NCBI GenBank assembly: GCA_019828565.1
Contig: JAHDYR010000064.1
Location: 851,162 to 915,161, forward strand
DNA: 64,000 nucleotides
DNA from: Carpediemonas membranifera BICM
Taxonomy: Eukaryota > Protista > Fornicata
Direction of reading: 5' to 3'
Under the pieces are notes generated by a model that had not been told where the DNA came from, searched no databases, and saw only the letters and a list, made by a program, of their open reading frames with translations. This document shows, one piece after another, positions 1-10,900 of the stretch (position 1 is its first letter; each line of letters starts with the position of its first letter). The position numbers were made by a program, and so were the translations under genes.

Positions 1-2
1 AC

Positions 3-2499
3 TTCCCCCTGCCTAACACGCGCGAGTTTGTAGACCGAGCATCAGGCTGCAAATACTTTGCAGGCCTAGACCTCAGACAAGGCTACTACCAGATGCGGAT
101 GCACGAGGAAGATATCCCCAAAACCGCTTTTGTCACTCCAGACGCATACTGCGAGTTCACCAGATGTCCATTCGGCCTGATGAACGCCCCGGCGAGATTC
201 CAACGCGCCATGCAGAAGGCGTTCGCCGAGGTCCTCCACAAAGGGGTGGACATCTATCTTGACGACATCTTGATTTACGCCAAGACCGAGGCCCAGTTTC
301 TCACCCTGATCAAAACCGTCTTCAGGATCTGTAGACATTATTCACTGCGCCTTAAAGGCCCGAAGTGCACGATAGGCTCAGCACACGTCGAGGCCGTCGG
401 GTATATTGTCTCGGAGAAGGGGAAACAACTTGCCCCAGAGAAGGTAGAGGCGGTAAACGCCATACCGCTCCCGTCCACCGCAAAGGAGCTTCAGAGGACA
501 CTGGGATCATTCAACTATGTCGCCCAGTTCGTCCCGGACTCATCACGAATCCTCAAACCTCTCAACGAGATGCTAACGGCACAGGAGAACTCAAAGAACA
601 TAACTTGGAACCCCAAACAAGAAGAGGCGTTTACAACGTTCAAGGAGAGACTCAGCTCAGACACAGTCCTCCATTTCCCCGACTTCTCAAAGAAGTGGAC
701 CCTCGAGACGGACGCGTCGAACGACGGACTAGGGGGCATTCTGTTCCAAGAAGACGACTCCGGCAACCGAGAGATCGTCTCGCTCTTCGCAAAGTGTCAT
801 ACGCCAACCCAGACTAGGTGGCCGACCTACGAACAAGAGCTTCATGCTATCATCTTTTGTCTCACGAGACCTGACATGGCTCAACTTTTCCGCCTCAAGG
901 ACAACATACAGATCCGCACCGACCACCAGAATCTGGTATATCTCATGCAGAGGAAGGAGCTTTCCAAGAAACTCCTCAGGTGGACGTCTGTCTTGTCGGA
1001 CTACAACATTACGATCGAGCATATTGCTGGAGAGACAAACAAGATGGCAGACATGCTGTCGCGTATCCTTCCCCGAGGGGGACCTCGGGCCGCAGCTGAA
1101 CCTGCTAGAGGCGGAGGACGCCGGCCCAGGGCTGACCCTTGAGTTGATCCAGGCTGCCCAGGCCATGGCACCTGGAGTCAACTCGAGTCGGCTGGGAGAA
1201 ACTAGAGGGAGTATCCATCGAAAACTCGATCTACTTCAAGGACGGAGTGCCGATTATCCCCAAGGGAGAGACACGCGACAAGGCCCTTCGGACCGCTCAC
1301 CAATTTCATACGGGAGCAAATTCAACGTTCCAAGCACTCGCCACGTCTGCATTTTGGCCGGGGATGCTCTTGGACGTCAAAAAGCACATCAAGACGTGCC
1401 CCATTTGTCTGAAGACTCGCATCAAGGACTACTTTATCGCCCAAAAGGGCCAGACAAGACGCACCAGACCATGGGAGACAGTGGCAGTCGACACAATTGG
1501 CCCTCTCCCAACGGATTCGCTGGGCGCTCGCTACATCATTGTGGCTGTAACTGTGACATGTTTACAAGATACACCGAGCTCGTCGCAGTCGCATCGATCG
1601 ACGCCGAGACCTCCGCCAGGGCCCTATGGGACCACGTTTTCACGCGACACGGGATACCGGCGGAGATTCTGTCCGACGGCGGCCCGGAGTACGCGAACTC
1701 GATAGTTGAACAACTCACAACGTCATTGAAAGTCGCACACCACTTCACCATCCCGTTTCATCCACAGAGCAATGGTCTCGTGGAGAGAAGGAATGCGGAG
1801 ATTGGAAGACACCTACGGTGGCTTGTCCTGGCAATAGCCTACAAAGACCAGTGGTGCGGACTCTTACCGACGGTCCAGATGATTATCAACGGCACGACAC
1901 ATACGGCCACGAAGTTCTCCCCGCACGAGCTGATATTTGGCCATGAGCACAACATGTTTACAAGCTGGTGGACGAACGACAACAACTCTCCGATCAGAGA
2001 TTTCCCAGAGTTCAAAAAGGACCTGGAGCTGGCCCTTAACGCCCTGGAGACCACTGCCAGAGAGAGTGTGGGCCCGGGCCAAAAGACAATTATCAACACC
2101 GAACTGAAGCCGGGTGACTACGTCCTCTGGAAAGATGAGGCCCCTCAGAAGCTAGACGCGCGCAACAGGGGCCCATGGAAGGTACACGATGTACTTGATA
2201 ATAACAGAATAGTCCTGCAGTCGATACTCGACGGATCGACCAGATCAACCCACATTGAAAAACTCATGATGTTCGACACGGATGCCGTAACGGACACGAT
2301 GATGCTTCAACTTGCAAGCTTCGACCAGAAAAAATGGGAGGTAGAGCGAGTAGTATCGGTAGACTGGAAAGAAGGGACAGCCGCCATCAAGTGGGTAGGA
2401 TTCGAAAACATAACGGAAGAACCACTCTCGGGAGTGAAACACCTCGAGGAGATGAAGAGGTTGGCCCGTAAGGCGAGGAAGAACCTGAAACTCTACTAA
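3..2499 (+). CDS. pol: Gypsy A Pol (RT, RNase H, integrase, chromodomain), frameshifted
   Basis: CPFGLMNAP and YLDD; TDAS..TDH; H..H..CPIC; AVDTIGP, SDGG, GLVERRN; chromodomain WEVERV..IKWVGF; split over ORFs 93-1142, 1247-1705 and 844-2499. Confidence 0.92.
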
Positions 2500-2543
2500 C
2501 CATCTTTTTCCCCCGTTCCTTGCAGGTTGGGGGTTTTCTCATC

Positions 2544-2557
2544 AAAAAGGGAGGTAG
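2544..2557 (+). promoter_or_regulatory. Polypurine tract of Gypsy A
   Basis: AAAAAGGGAGGTAG immediately before TGTCA. Confidence 0.8.
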
Positions 2558-2639
2558 TGTCACCGGTCTATAAACTGCTCCGTCCAGTTTTGACCACTTT
2601 TACCCCGCTGCGGTTTACTGTAAATGATTTCAACCGACA
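2558..2639 (+). repeat. 3' LTR of Gypsy A (82 bp)
   Basis: TGTC...GACA inverted termini; Gypsy B integrase coding sequence starts right after. Confidence 0.7.
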
Positions 2640-3276
2640 CCGCAGTCGCTAGAATCCTCCGACCGAGCGAAAATGACTCGCCTCTTGCCTCAGCCTCAGC
2701 CTACATCACTTTACTTCGAGCCCACCTCTCCAAGTTGACCTCTAGGGCGGCCGAGAAGCAGCGCGAGACTGTAGACAAGCGCCTCGCCAAGGCCAACGCC
2801 GACCGCCAGCCGACTAGCTTCAAGGAAGGCGACCTCGTCCTGCTCAACCGGACGAAGACCCCAAAGCTGCATGGCTTCGCCGGCCCGTTCAAGATTCTCC
2901 CCATCAAGGACAACAACACCCTTCAGCTGGTCGACCTTTTCGAGAGCGCCCCCTTCATGGCTCACGTAGACCAGGTCCTTCCTTTCAACACCAAGTCGGG
3001 GCTCAGCCGCCTGAAGAACCTCGCCGCCTCCGACGAGCAGACGTACGTCGTGCAAGGCATCGAGAAGCACCGTCGCCGCAACGGCACACTGCAGCTCCTC
3101 GTCTGCTGGGAGGGCGACTACGATCCCACATGGGAACCCGCTGACGGGCTCCGCCACGTCACTGCGGCACGTGACTACCTCAAGTCCCACAAGCTCAAGC
3201 TTAAGGGGGGTAGGATGTCATAAGGCATCCACGTCCGCAGTTTATGTAAATGTTCCAATCTCTTCGCCCCGGCACA
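2640..3276 (+). mobile_element. Gypsy chromovirus family B 3' end (integrase C-terminus, chromodomain, PPT, LTR)
   Basis: FKEGDLVLL..GPF and YVVQGIEKHR..VCWEG..TWEP; stop at 3223; PPT AAGGGGGGTAGGA at 3203-3215. Confidence 0.88.
3216..3276 (+). repeat. 3' LTR of Gypsy B (61 bp)
   Basis: TGTCA directly after the PPT; ends GGCACA where family C sequence begins. Confidence 0.6.
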
Positions 3277-3731
3277 GGTCGACTGTGTCGGGTACACTTG
3301 GGTGAGCTTAGAGAATGTGTCAACTACGACTAGTGCGTGCCGGAGTGAGGGGTGACCATCTGTAGTGCGTTTAATTGATATTTTAGTTTTAACCCTTTTC
3401 CCCACCGAGGGTTGACTCTTTAAATCACTTCCTCTTCATCTGGGTTGCACCACACCATCTAGCGGACCAATGTGGTCCATTTGTACCACTTGGAAGGGGT
3501 ATGTCCCAGCCAATGCATGCGGGTGCTGGCCGACGGGTTGAACGTTCAGACGGGTGAGCTGACAGACTGGGCACTCACTTACCCATTGTTGGACGTCTTT
3601 GTGGAGACCCGGCCAAGATTGTCCCGCATTCGCGATGCGACGGCAGGTGGCGCGAACACCGAGGTGTCCTGCTGAACCGCCATGGTGTGCCTTGAACGTC
3701 TCGCGCTTGTTGAGCGATGCTTCTGCAGTGC
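3277..3731 (-). mobile_element. Integrase fragment of Gypsy family C
   Basis: Essentially identical to about 26613-26968, apart from the solo LTR inserted in it. Confidence 0.92.
3361..3454 (+). repeat. Solo LTR (94 bp) with CCATC TSD
   Basis: TGTAGTGC...GCACCACA flanked by CCATC at 3356-3360 and 3455-3459; absent from the other family C copies. Confidence 0.9.
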
Positions 3732-3772
3732 AGGTAAGGTAAGGTAAGGTAAGGTAACCTTACCTTACCTTA
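3732..3772. repeat. Head-to-head (GGTAA)5/(CCTTA)3 telomere-like junction
   Basis: Pentamer tracts joining two truncated, unrelated retroelements. Confidence 0.85.
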
Positions 3773-5713
3773 CTACGCATCGGTCCTGGCGCCCATCGTC
3801 GACCTCACCAAGGCAAAAGTGCCGTTCGTCTGGGGCAAAGCCCAACAGCAGGCCTTCGAGGAAGTGAAGCGCCTCATCATGCGCCGACCGATCCTCGCGT
3901 ACCCCGACTACTCCCGGACGCTCATCGTGCGTACCGACGCCTCCACCGCCGGTTGCGGCGGTGTTCTCCTGCAGGAGAAGGACGGTGAGGAACAAGGTAA
4001 CAAGTCATCGCCTACACCTCCCACCGTTTCACTGAGGCCGAGCAACGCTGGAGCACCATCGAACAGGAGCTCTTTGGCGTGTTCCATGCCATCATCAGCT
4101 TCGAGCATTTCATCCTAGGGCACCCCTTCGTTGTCGAGACGGACCATCGGAATTTGACCTATCTTGAGTCCACCACTACGCCTAAGCTCGTCCGCTGGCG
4201 CCTTCGCCTCTCCGAATACGACTTCACGGTCCGTCACATCGCCGGAGTCAGCAACGAGGTGGCCGATTGCCTTTCCAGATGCCTGACGATTCGCTCACAG
4301 CGCGTGGCATCCCCGGTGGACATTGCCGACCAGGTACGGCAGCTTTTTGGCAAGTGCCACAACGCCCGTGTTGGACACATGGGCGCCCGCATCACGACGG
4401 ATCGGATCGCCGCCCAGCTACCTTCGTTTGCCCGCAAGGCGATCGAGAAACACGTCAAGCCCCTAGTCCGTACATGCCCGGTGTGCCAGCTCACGCGACA
4501 GCGCGCCAAGGCCAGTGTAGACCTCCCTCGCCAGCCCACAATGGCACCGTACCCCATGCACACCTGGGCCGTGGACTTTATTGGCCCGTTCCCGGAAGAA
4601 CACGGTTTCCGTCACATCCTAGCCGCCGTTGACTGCTTCTCCCGGTTCGTGGAGCTAGTTCCCACGCCCGATTGCACCGCGCAGTCAGCGGTCACGGCCA
4701 TCATGCAACTGGTGGGCCGCTACGGATGCCCGGCACACATTCGCTCTGATCAGGGCCCCCACTTTACCGCCCACCTGTTCGCTCAGCTCTCGCGCATCCT
4801 GAACATTCAGCACGACTTCACGCTCCCGTACCATCACCAGTATAACGGCATCATCGAGCGCCGCAACAAGGAAGTGAACCGCCACCTCCGCGCCGCCATG
4901 AACGAGCTGACCGATGATTTAGCCGACTGGGTTGCCTGTCTCCCGCTTGTACAGCGCACTCTGAACTGCACGCCGTGTGCAGCCACCGGCAACATACCCC
5001 CGGCCAACATCATGTTCGGTAACCTCACCGACACGGACCGAGTACTGCTACACAACCCGGTGGAGGGGGTGGGCGACGTCGCATTGTACTACGACAACCT
5101 GCTTGAGGCACAGAGACAGCTTGTCAAGGCCGTGCCAGTTCCTAGGCCACGTCCGGTCACCCAGACCACTTTCACTGTCGGCCAAGCTGTTGTGGTCACC
5201 AGGCCCGACAATGCCCGTGGCCCCTCTCGTCTGAGCCCCATCTATATGGGCCCCTACACCGTAGCCTCCCTCGACGGCACACTCGCCACCCTCACGAATC
5301 TTCGAACTCGTGCCGAAGAGACGTATGATCTCCGCCGCCTCGTTCCCTTCCTCGGCGACTACACCCCCGACGACCTCACCGCCTTCGCTGCCGCCGGTGA
5401 GCAAGAATACACCGTCGAAGACATCATCGACCACCGCTCTGGTCGTACCAAGACCCGTTTCCGTTTCCGTGTCCGCTGGGCCGGCTACGGTCCCGATGAC
5501 GACACCTGGCTTCCCTATGCCGAGGTCCGTGACCTCGAAGCCCTCGACCGGTACTTGTCGAAGACCGGCATTCAGCTGTAATAGAGAGGGTAGTGTGGTG
5601 AGGCGCAGTTTAAGGTTTTGGTTTTTGACCATTTTTCACCACTGCGGTTTCCAGGAGTAAATCAGTTCTCATCCATTAATTGGAAAGTTCCCTTCAAGGC
5701 CAAACCAAGCACA
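3773..5713 (+). mobile_element. Gypsy chromovirus family D, 3' half (RNase H, integrase, chromodomain, PPT, LTR)
   Basis: TDAS, ETDH, GHMG..CPVC, AVDFIGP, SDQG, GIIERRN, YTVEDIIDHR..VRWAGY; stop at 5581; PPT AGAGAGGGTAG at 5583-5593. Confidence 0.93.
5594..5713 (+). repeat. 3' LTR of Gypsy D (120 bp)
   Basis: TGTG...CACA after the PPT; family C sequence resumes at 5714. Confidence 0.8.
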
Positions 5714-6922
5714 GCGGAAGTAGTTTGCCAGGCCTAGCACCGAGCGGGCTTCAGTCAGGTTGGTGGGGGGCTTGATGTCGCGAATCGCCTGGAGGCGATC
5801 AGGAGCGATCCTGCGGCCTCGTGCATTGAGTCTCCATCCTAAGTAGTCGATTTCTTCGACACCGAGGACTGTCTTGGCAGCGTTAAGGCGGAGACCCGCC
5901 GCGTGAAGCTTGTGCAGAACGTCCCGGAGGTTCTTCAAGAAGGTGTTCCTATCCTTCCCATATATGATGACGTCGTCCACGTACGCTAAGGCCTGAGTGT
6001 ACAGGCTGTCACTGAGAACGGCTTCGAGAGCCCGTTGACACTGGATAGGGGCATTCTTCATTCCAAACGGCATGCGGCAGTACTCAAATTTCCCCAGGCC
6101 ATCCACTGTGAAGGCAGTATACTTGCAACTATCACTAGCCATGGGAACTTGATGAAAAGCCGATTTCAGGTCTAAAGCCGCGAAGAATTTTGCTCCCTCG
6201 AGGTGATCCAGGAGGTTGTCTATCAGTGGCAGGGGGTGACTGTCGGGCGAGGTGATGAGATTGAGGGCTCGGAAATCTAGGCATAGTCGTAGGGCTCCGC
6301 CCCGCTTCTTAGCCATGACTATCGGGTTGTTGAATGCCGATGTGGATCTCCGGATGATACCCTGGGCCTCTAGTTCATGGACTTGGCGCACAATCTCGGT
6401 CCGTACAGGTGTGGAATAGCGGTAGGGGTAGACGTTAATGACTTTGTCTGGGTCTTCGGTCTTGACCTTGAAGGGGGGCAGAGTTGATGTCACGGACAGA
6501 TCTTCCTCGAAGAGGCCAGGTAGATCTTGCAAAATTCGCGATATCTGCTCCTCGAACTTCATGATCGTAGGTGTGATGGTCTCAGTTGCGTCATGTAGGG
6601 CATCCACATCGAACATGTCGTCGTAATCATCCCCAACCTCCACAATGAGGTCGTCAGCGGGGAATTTAATCAATCCGGCGGACACGAGCAAGGGGAACCC
6701 AATGACTGTGGGAGCTGGGAGCTTTTCGCGCATGATAATGAACTTTGTCTTGATCGTGAGCTTGTGGCCAGTGGCGGAGGGGAACTCACAGTCAGCCGTC
6801 ATTACATGGGTCGTATTAACCTTCTGTCCAGTGAACAACTGGACCTGATGGGACTCGAGTGAAGGTTCAATGGGCAGCGAGGAAGCTAGCTCTTCTGAGA
6901 TAAAGTTGGCCGTGGCGCCAGT
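5714..6922 (-). mobile_element. Protease-RT fragment of Gypsy family C
   Basis: Near-identical to about 27489-28697 (YVDD). Confidence 0.93.
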
Positions 6923-7369
6923 TTCGTTGCCTCGAAGGCGTCCTGGTGAGCACTGGTCCATTTCCAGGCGTGTTTTCCTGAGGTCAACTCGTACAGAAGC
7001 GCAACAGTAGTTCCTAGTCGGGGGACAAAGCGTCTAAAATAGTTGACCGCTCCCAGGAAGGCACGCGTCGTGGTGATATCGGACGGCGGGGCCATATCCA
7101 GGATCGCTTTAGTCCTCTCGTCGGACATTCTGACACCCTGGCCAGAGGCAATATGGCCCAAATAGTCGATCTCCGTGGCATACAACTTGCACTTTACTGG
7201 GTGGAGGACGAAACGGTAGTCAGCCAGTCGGGCGAGGACCTTATCGAGGTTCGCGGCTAACTCCTCCACAGTGGAACCGTGGACGACAATATCATCGATG
7301 AAAACTTCGCACACAGTCCCAACCAGGCCTGAAAGGACCTGTCGCATGGTCGCCTGGAAGAAGGCAGGG
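6916..7369 (-). mobile_element. Gypsy family E, RT C-terminal part (continues 18133-20029 across the LINE insertion)
   Basis: PAFFQATMRQ..FIDD..YLGH..FLGAVNYFRRF; joins family C at an ACTGGCG junction, possibly a microhomology. Confidence 0.88.
7347..7369 (+). repeat. Left TSD of the giant LINE (23 bp)
   Basis: TGGTCGCCTGGAAGAAGGCAGGG repeated at 18133-18155. Confidence 0.93.
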
Positions 7370-7903
7370 TCCCAGTTGAAATGTCCGGTATGGGAAGTTG
7401 ACGAAACCAACCGGAAAAAGGCCAAAAGCTGGCAATCGGGATTTATCGGATCTCATTGAAAGCCATTCGAGCTCGAAGCGAGCGACGGTGCCCCGCGGCG
7501 CCAGCATCCACCAAATGGTAATTTCAGGACCAAGAGTTCGTCTGCTCTGGGGCACGAGAGCAGAAATGGGAAGTATTCTCCTAACCCACTAGCCATAGGG
7601 CACATTGGGGAAGCAAATTGCTCCCCGGAGGAGATCGCCCGTTGCGAAGCAGGTTAGCGCCAGAGCGGGCCGGCAGAGGACAACTGGCTGCTCCAGGTGA
7701 GGTGCGCACCACCTCACCTGGAGCCCACTCCCCTGCCCTGTATACCTCGCCGTGCGCCAAGCTATGTCGAGCAACAGATGATCGTCCTCGTGTGCCCAAA
7801 AATGCACAGAGGCAAAAACCACCCAAAAGGGAATAAGTTAGCCTCGGTAGGAAAGCGTTGACAGAATACACAGTACTCTAACAACAAACAAAACCTACCG
7901 CCC

Positions 7904-10900
7904 ATGCTCCTGGGACCCACAAGGGGACCAGACGCAACTAAACGCTCCTCGCACAAACCCACAAGGGAAATCAACGCGAACAAGCGTACTGCGCCACCTT
8001 TATGATTGAAACCCCTACCGTAACCGGTACCCGCAGTAGGCCCCAGAGGCACTGCGACACGATTGCCTCAGACAACTTAACTGGGGCCATATGGCAAAGT
8101 AACCCGAGAGCACCGGGACCGGCGGCCAATAGGCTCTCACTGGGAGGCCACTGGGCCACACTACTCCGGCGCCCGTGCTCTCATGCCGCCCAAGACCGGG
8201 CTTGTGGACGTCATCGCCACGAGAGCCGGGATCGCCGCCCGCCGCCGGCATAGGCAACAGGGCCACCACAACAGGCCCCCAGTACACCAGCCATACCGGA
8301 CAACAGACCGGGAGCGCTGAGGGCCCCGTCCACAGCCCCACAAGAAACGCCCAGCCGAAGCCAAAAGGCATAAACCATCACGGTGTTTACCAGGACTCAC
8401 AACCTCTTGGGAGTGACGCGACCCAGGAAGGAAACAACCGGGCTGCGACCACAAGATACAGGACGAGGGGCGTGAATGGCAACCAGCTGGTGCAGCCGGG
8501 CGTCTATGCGAGCACGAAGGCGCTTATAGACCCGCATTTGGCCCCTCAGCTCAGCGTCGAAACCCCGAGCCGACTTAGACTCGTGGGGACTCAGGTCCTC
8601 GTCACGGTAATTCTGAGCCAGGTAGGAAAAAGCAGCGGCACGCTCCCGCCACCGGCTGGCCAGGACGTCCACCTGGGCAAAATCGTCAGCTATGGTCCGC
8701 AGGAAATGCGCCTCCCAACCCCGAGGAGTCGCCGGGCCAGGAGTCGGGGACTCCCGAGAAGGAGCGGTGAAGCCCCTGCCGCCACAAGGCAAGGGACTAC
8801 CCTGGGGCCCGGAGGGGAATATGGGATCCCCCGTCGGAGTGCGAAGAGGGCCCTGCTTCCTGGGAAAGAGGCGGCGCCCCCGAAATCGGAGTCCAGGCCG
8901 TACTCGGGCCAAGGACTCGATAGGGATCGGAGTGCATAACCCCTGGTAATGCACCTCCCCCTCTGGGGACCGCTGGGCAGCGGAGGCGCCGGCCGAATGG
9001 CCAGGAGGAGGCGTGAAGGTGGAAGGAGAGATGGAACGGACGCATGGGGAATAAGGGACAGCAGCCCCGTGTGGGGCGATGCTCCCTGTCCCTGCAATAA
9101 GGTTCCCTTTTGGGTTTTCGCCAGACATGTTTTTGTGTGGAAACAAGGTCCGCAACAAACCTCGCATACCTCGCCCCTGAACCATCCGCCCTGAGGAAGG
9201 GAAAGGAGCCATACAAGACCAGGACATCGCTGGCTGGCGCCCCTTGGAACCTCCACCAAACCTCCTCAAGCCCCTCCAAGAAGCTGGCAAAAGTGCACTT
9301 CCCGCCTTTTGCCACTCCAAATGGAAACAGGGGAATATCCCAACAGGGACATGCCAGATAGGGAAGAAAGCATGATTTATGGCTTATTCGCCCTTAAGGC
9401 TGCACCCAGAAGGGATCTCAGGAAAACCAGAAGGGAAAAAGCAAATACGTCCATTATCCAGCTCGGCAACGCGATAGGATACGACAAGATTGTAGACCCA
9501 GAACAGGGAAGCTTTACAGCAAAGGAAGGCCCAGGGGAGCTCCGGAAAAGCCGGGCCAAGAAGCTGTTTGCATCACTTCCCCTCCTGAGACGGTACACAA
9601 AAGCCGCCCAACAGCCATACTGGCTATTCATTGAAGGGAACCGGCTGGACCTAGAGCAGGCGGAGACACTAAGCCGGCTTCGCCCAGGGTCCCCCAAATT
9701 TGTGTTCTACCCCAGAGTCCAGGCGGACTACTCCAAGTACGTAGCACATCCCCACCGGACGAGCCAGACGGCACCAGCTAGTGAGCAACACACCCCATCA
9801 CTTCTCCCCGTGGAGGAGGGCCTTGATCTCAGCCGAATCCATAACCGGGACTTTTCGAGACCACGCCACACAATGACCCCTCGAACAGCTCCCAAAGCGT
9901 CCCAGACGCCTTGGATTGCGCAAACACCACCCCAAATGGGATCAAGGAGTCGTTAACGCCACTGGGCAAGCAACTGGCCACACCGGACGAATGGGACTGC
10001 ATCAGAGCCTCAGCAGATGCGGCTATTCCCACAAGGGACGTTGCCATGGTCTTCACCAGAGATGACGCAACGGACTTCACTGCCCGAACGGGAAAGGTCG
10101 CAAGGACGCTCCTCCTAGAGCTCGTGGCAACATCGCTGCAAGCTGCAGGACATTCTTCGATCTCAGGCAACGGCATCCAGACCAAGTACGGGATGGAGGC
10201 TGCAATGTGGCTCCTCCATGCCGCCGGACACGCCATCTCCGCGGGAGCTGCAGCCAGAGGGCTCCCCCTCACTAGGACGCGAAAACAAGAAGCTCTGGGC
10301 CGATCTAGGCCGGGAACTAGCCAAAGGGCAAGGCTACCACGCCCCTCACCCCCCGGAGGGAGGTTTCCGCAGACCAGACGGCACGCCCATCCAGATTTGG
10401 ACCCAGGGCCCCGTCGAGGAGATCCTCATCTACAGCAGAACCGAGGGTGTGATGAGGCCAGTCTTCCCACCCCCACCCCTGGAAGAAGAGCCTTCGGCAG
10501 CAGAGGCAGACCTGAGGGAGGAGGTCAGAGACCTCATCCAACGGTGGTCAGTCCCCGGCTTCCCCGAACTCTGGTCGGCATGGGATAAGACCAGGCGTCT
10601 CTGGCCCCCACCCGCGAGGATTGCCCGCCAACTGGTGTCTGCCTCCTTTCTGACGCGCAACATCACTAACTACTGGCTCACAACGGGGCAGACCCAAGTT
10701 ATAGAGCCCGTACGGGACGGGGCATCTCATGGAGCCCTGGGTACTAACGAAGAAGAAAACCCCCCTGGGCCCGAGCGGCAGCAGGACTTCCGGCCCTGAT
10801 GACACACCCACCACGCCAAACAAGGGCACATGCGGGCCCAGCATGGGAGCTAGCCCGCCTCGTTCCAATATCACCCAACGAGCCAACACCACCAGGCAGT

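Larger units (their letters stand above)
1..2639 (+). mobile_element. Ty3/Gypsy chromovirus family A, 3' half (runs off window start)
   Basis: RT-RNaseH-integrase-chromodomain, followed by a polypurine tract and a TG..CA LTR. Confidence 0.93.

Noticed and set aside
7370-7420. HDV-like or hammerhead ribozyme at the LINE 5' end
   Set aside because: TCCCA/TGGGA and TCCGGT/ACCGGA could form a pseudoknot, but no P3 or catalytic core is identifiable.
8397-9320. Long antisense ORFs here and opposite other TE genes
   Set aside because: GC-rich shadows of the coding strand with no motifs.
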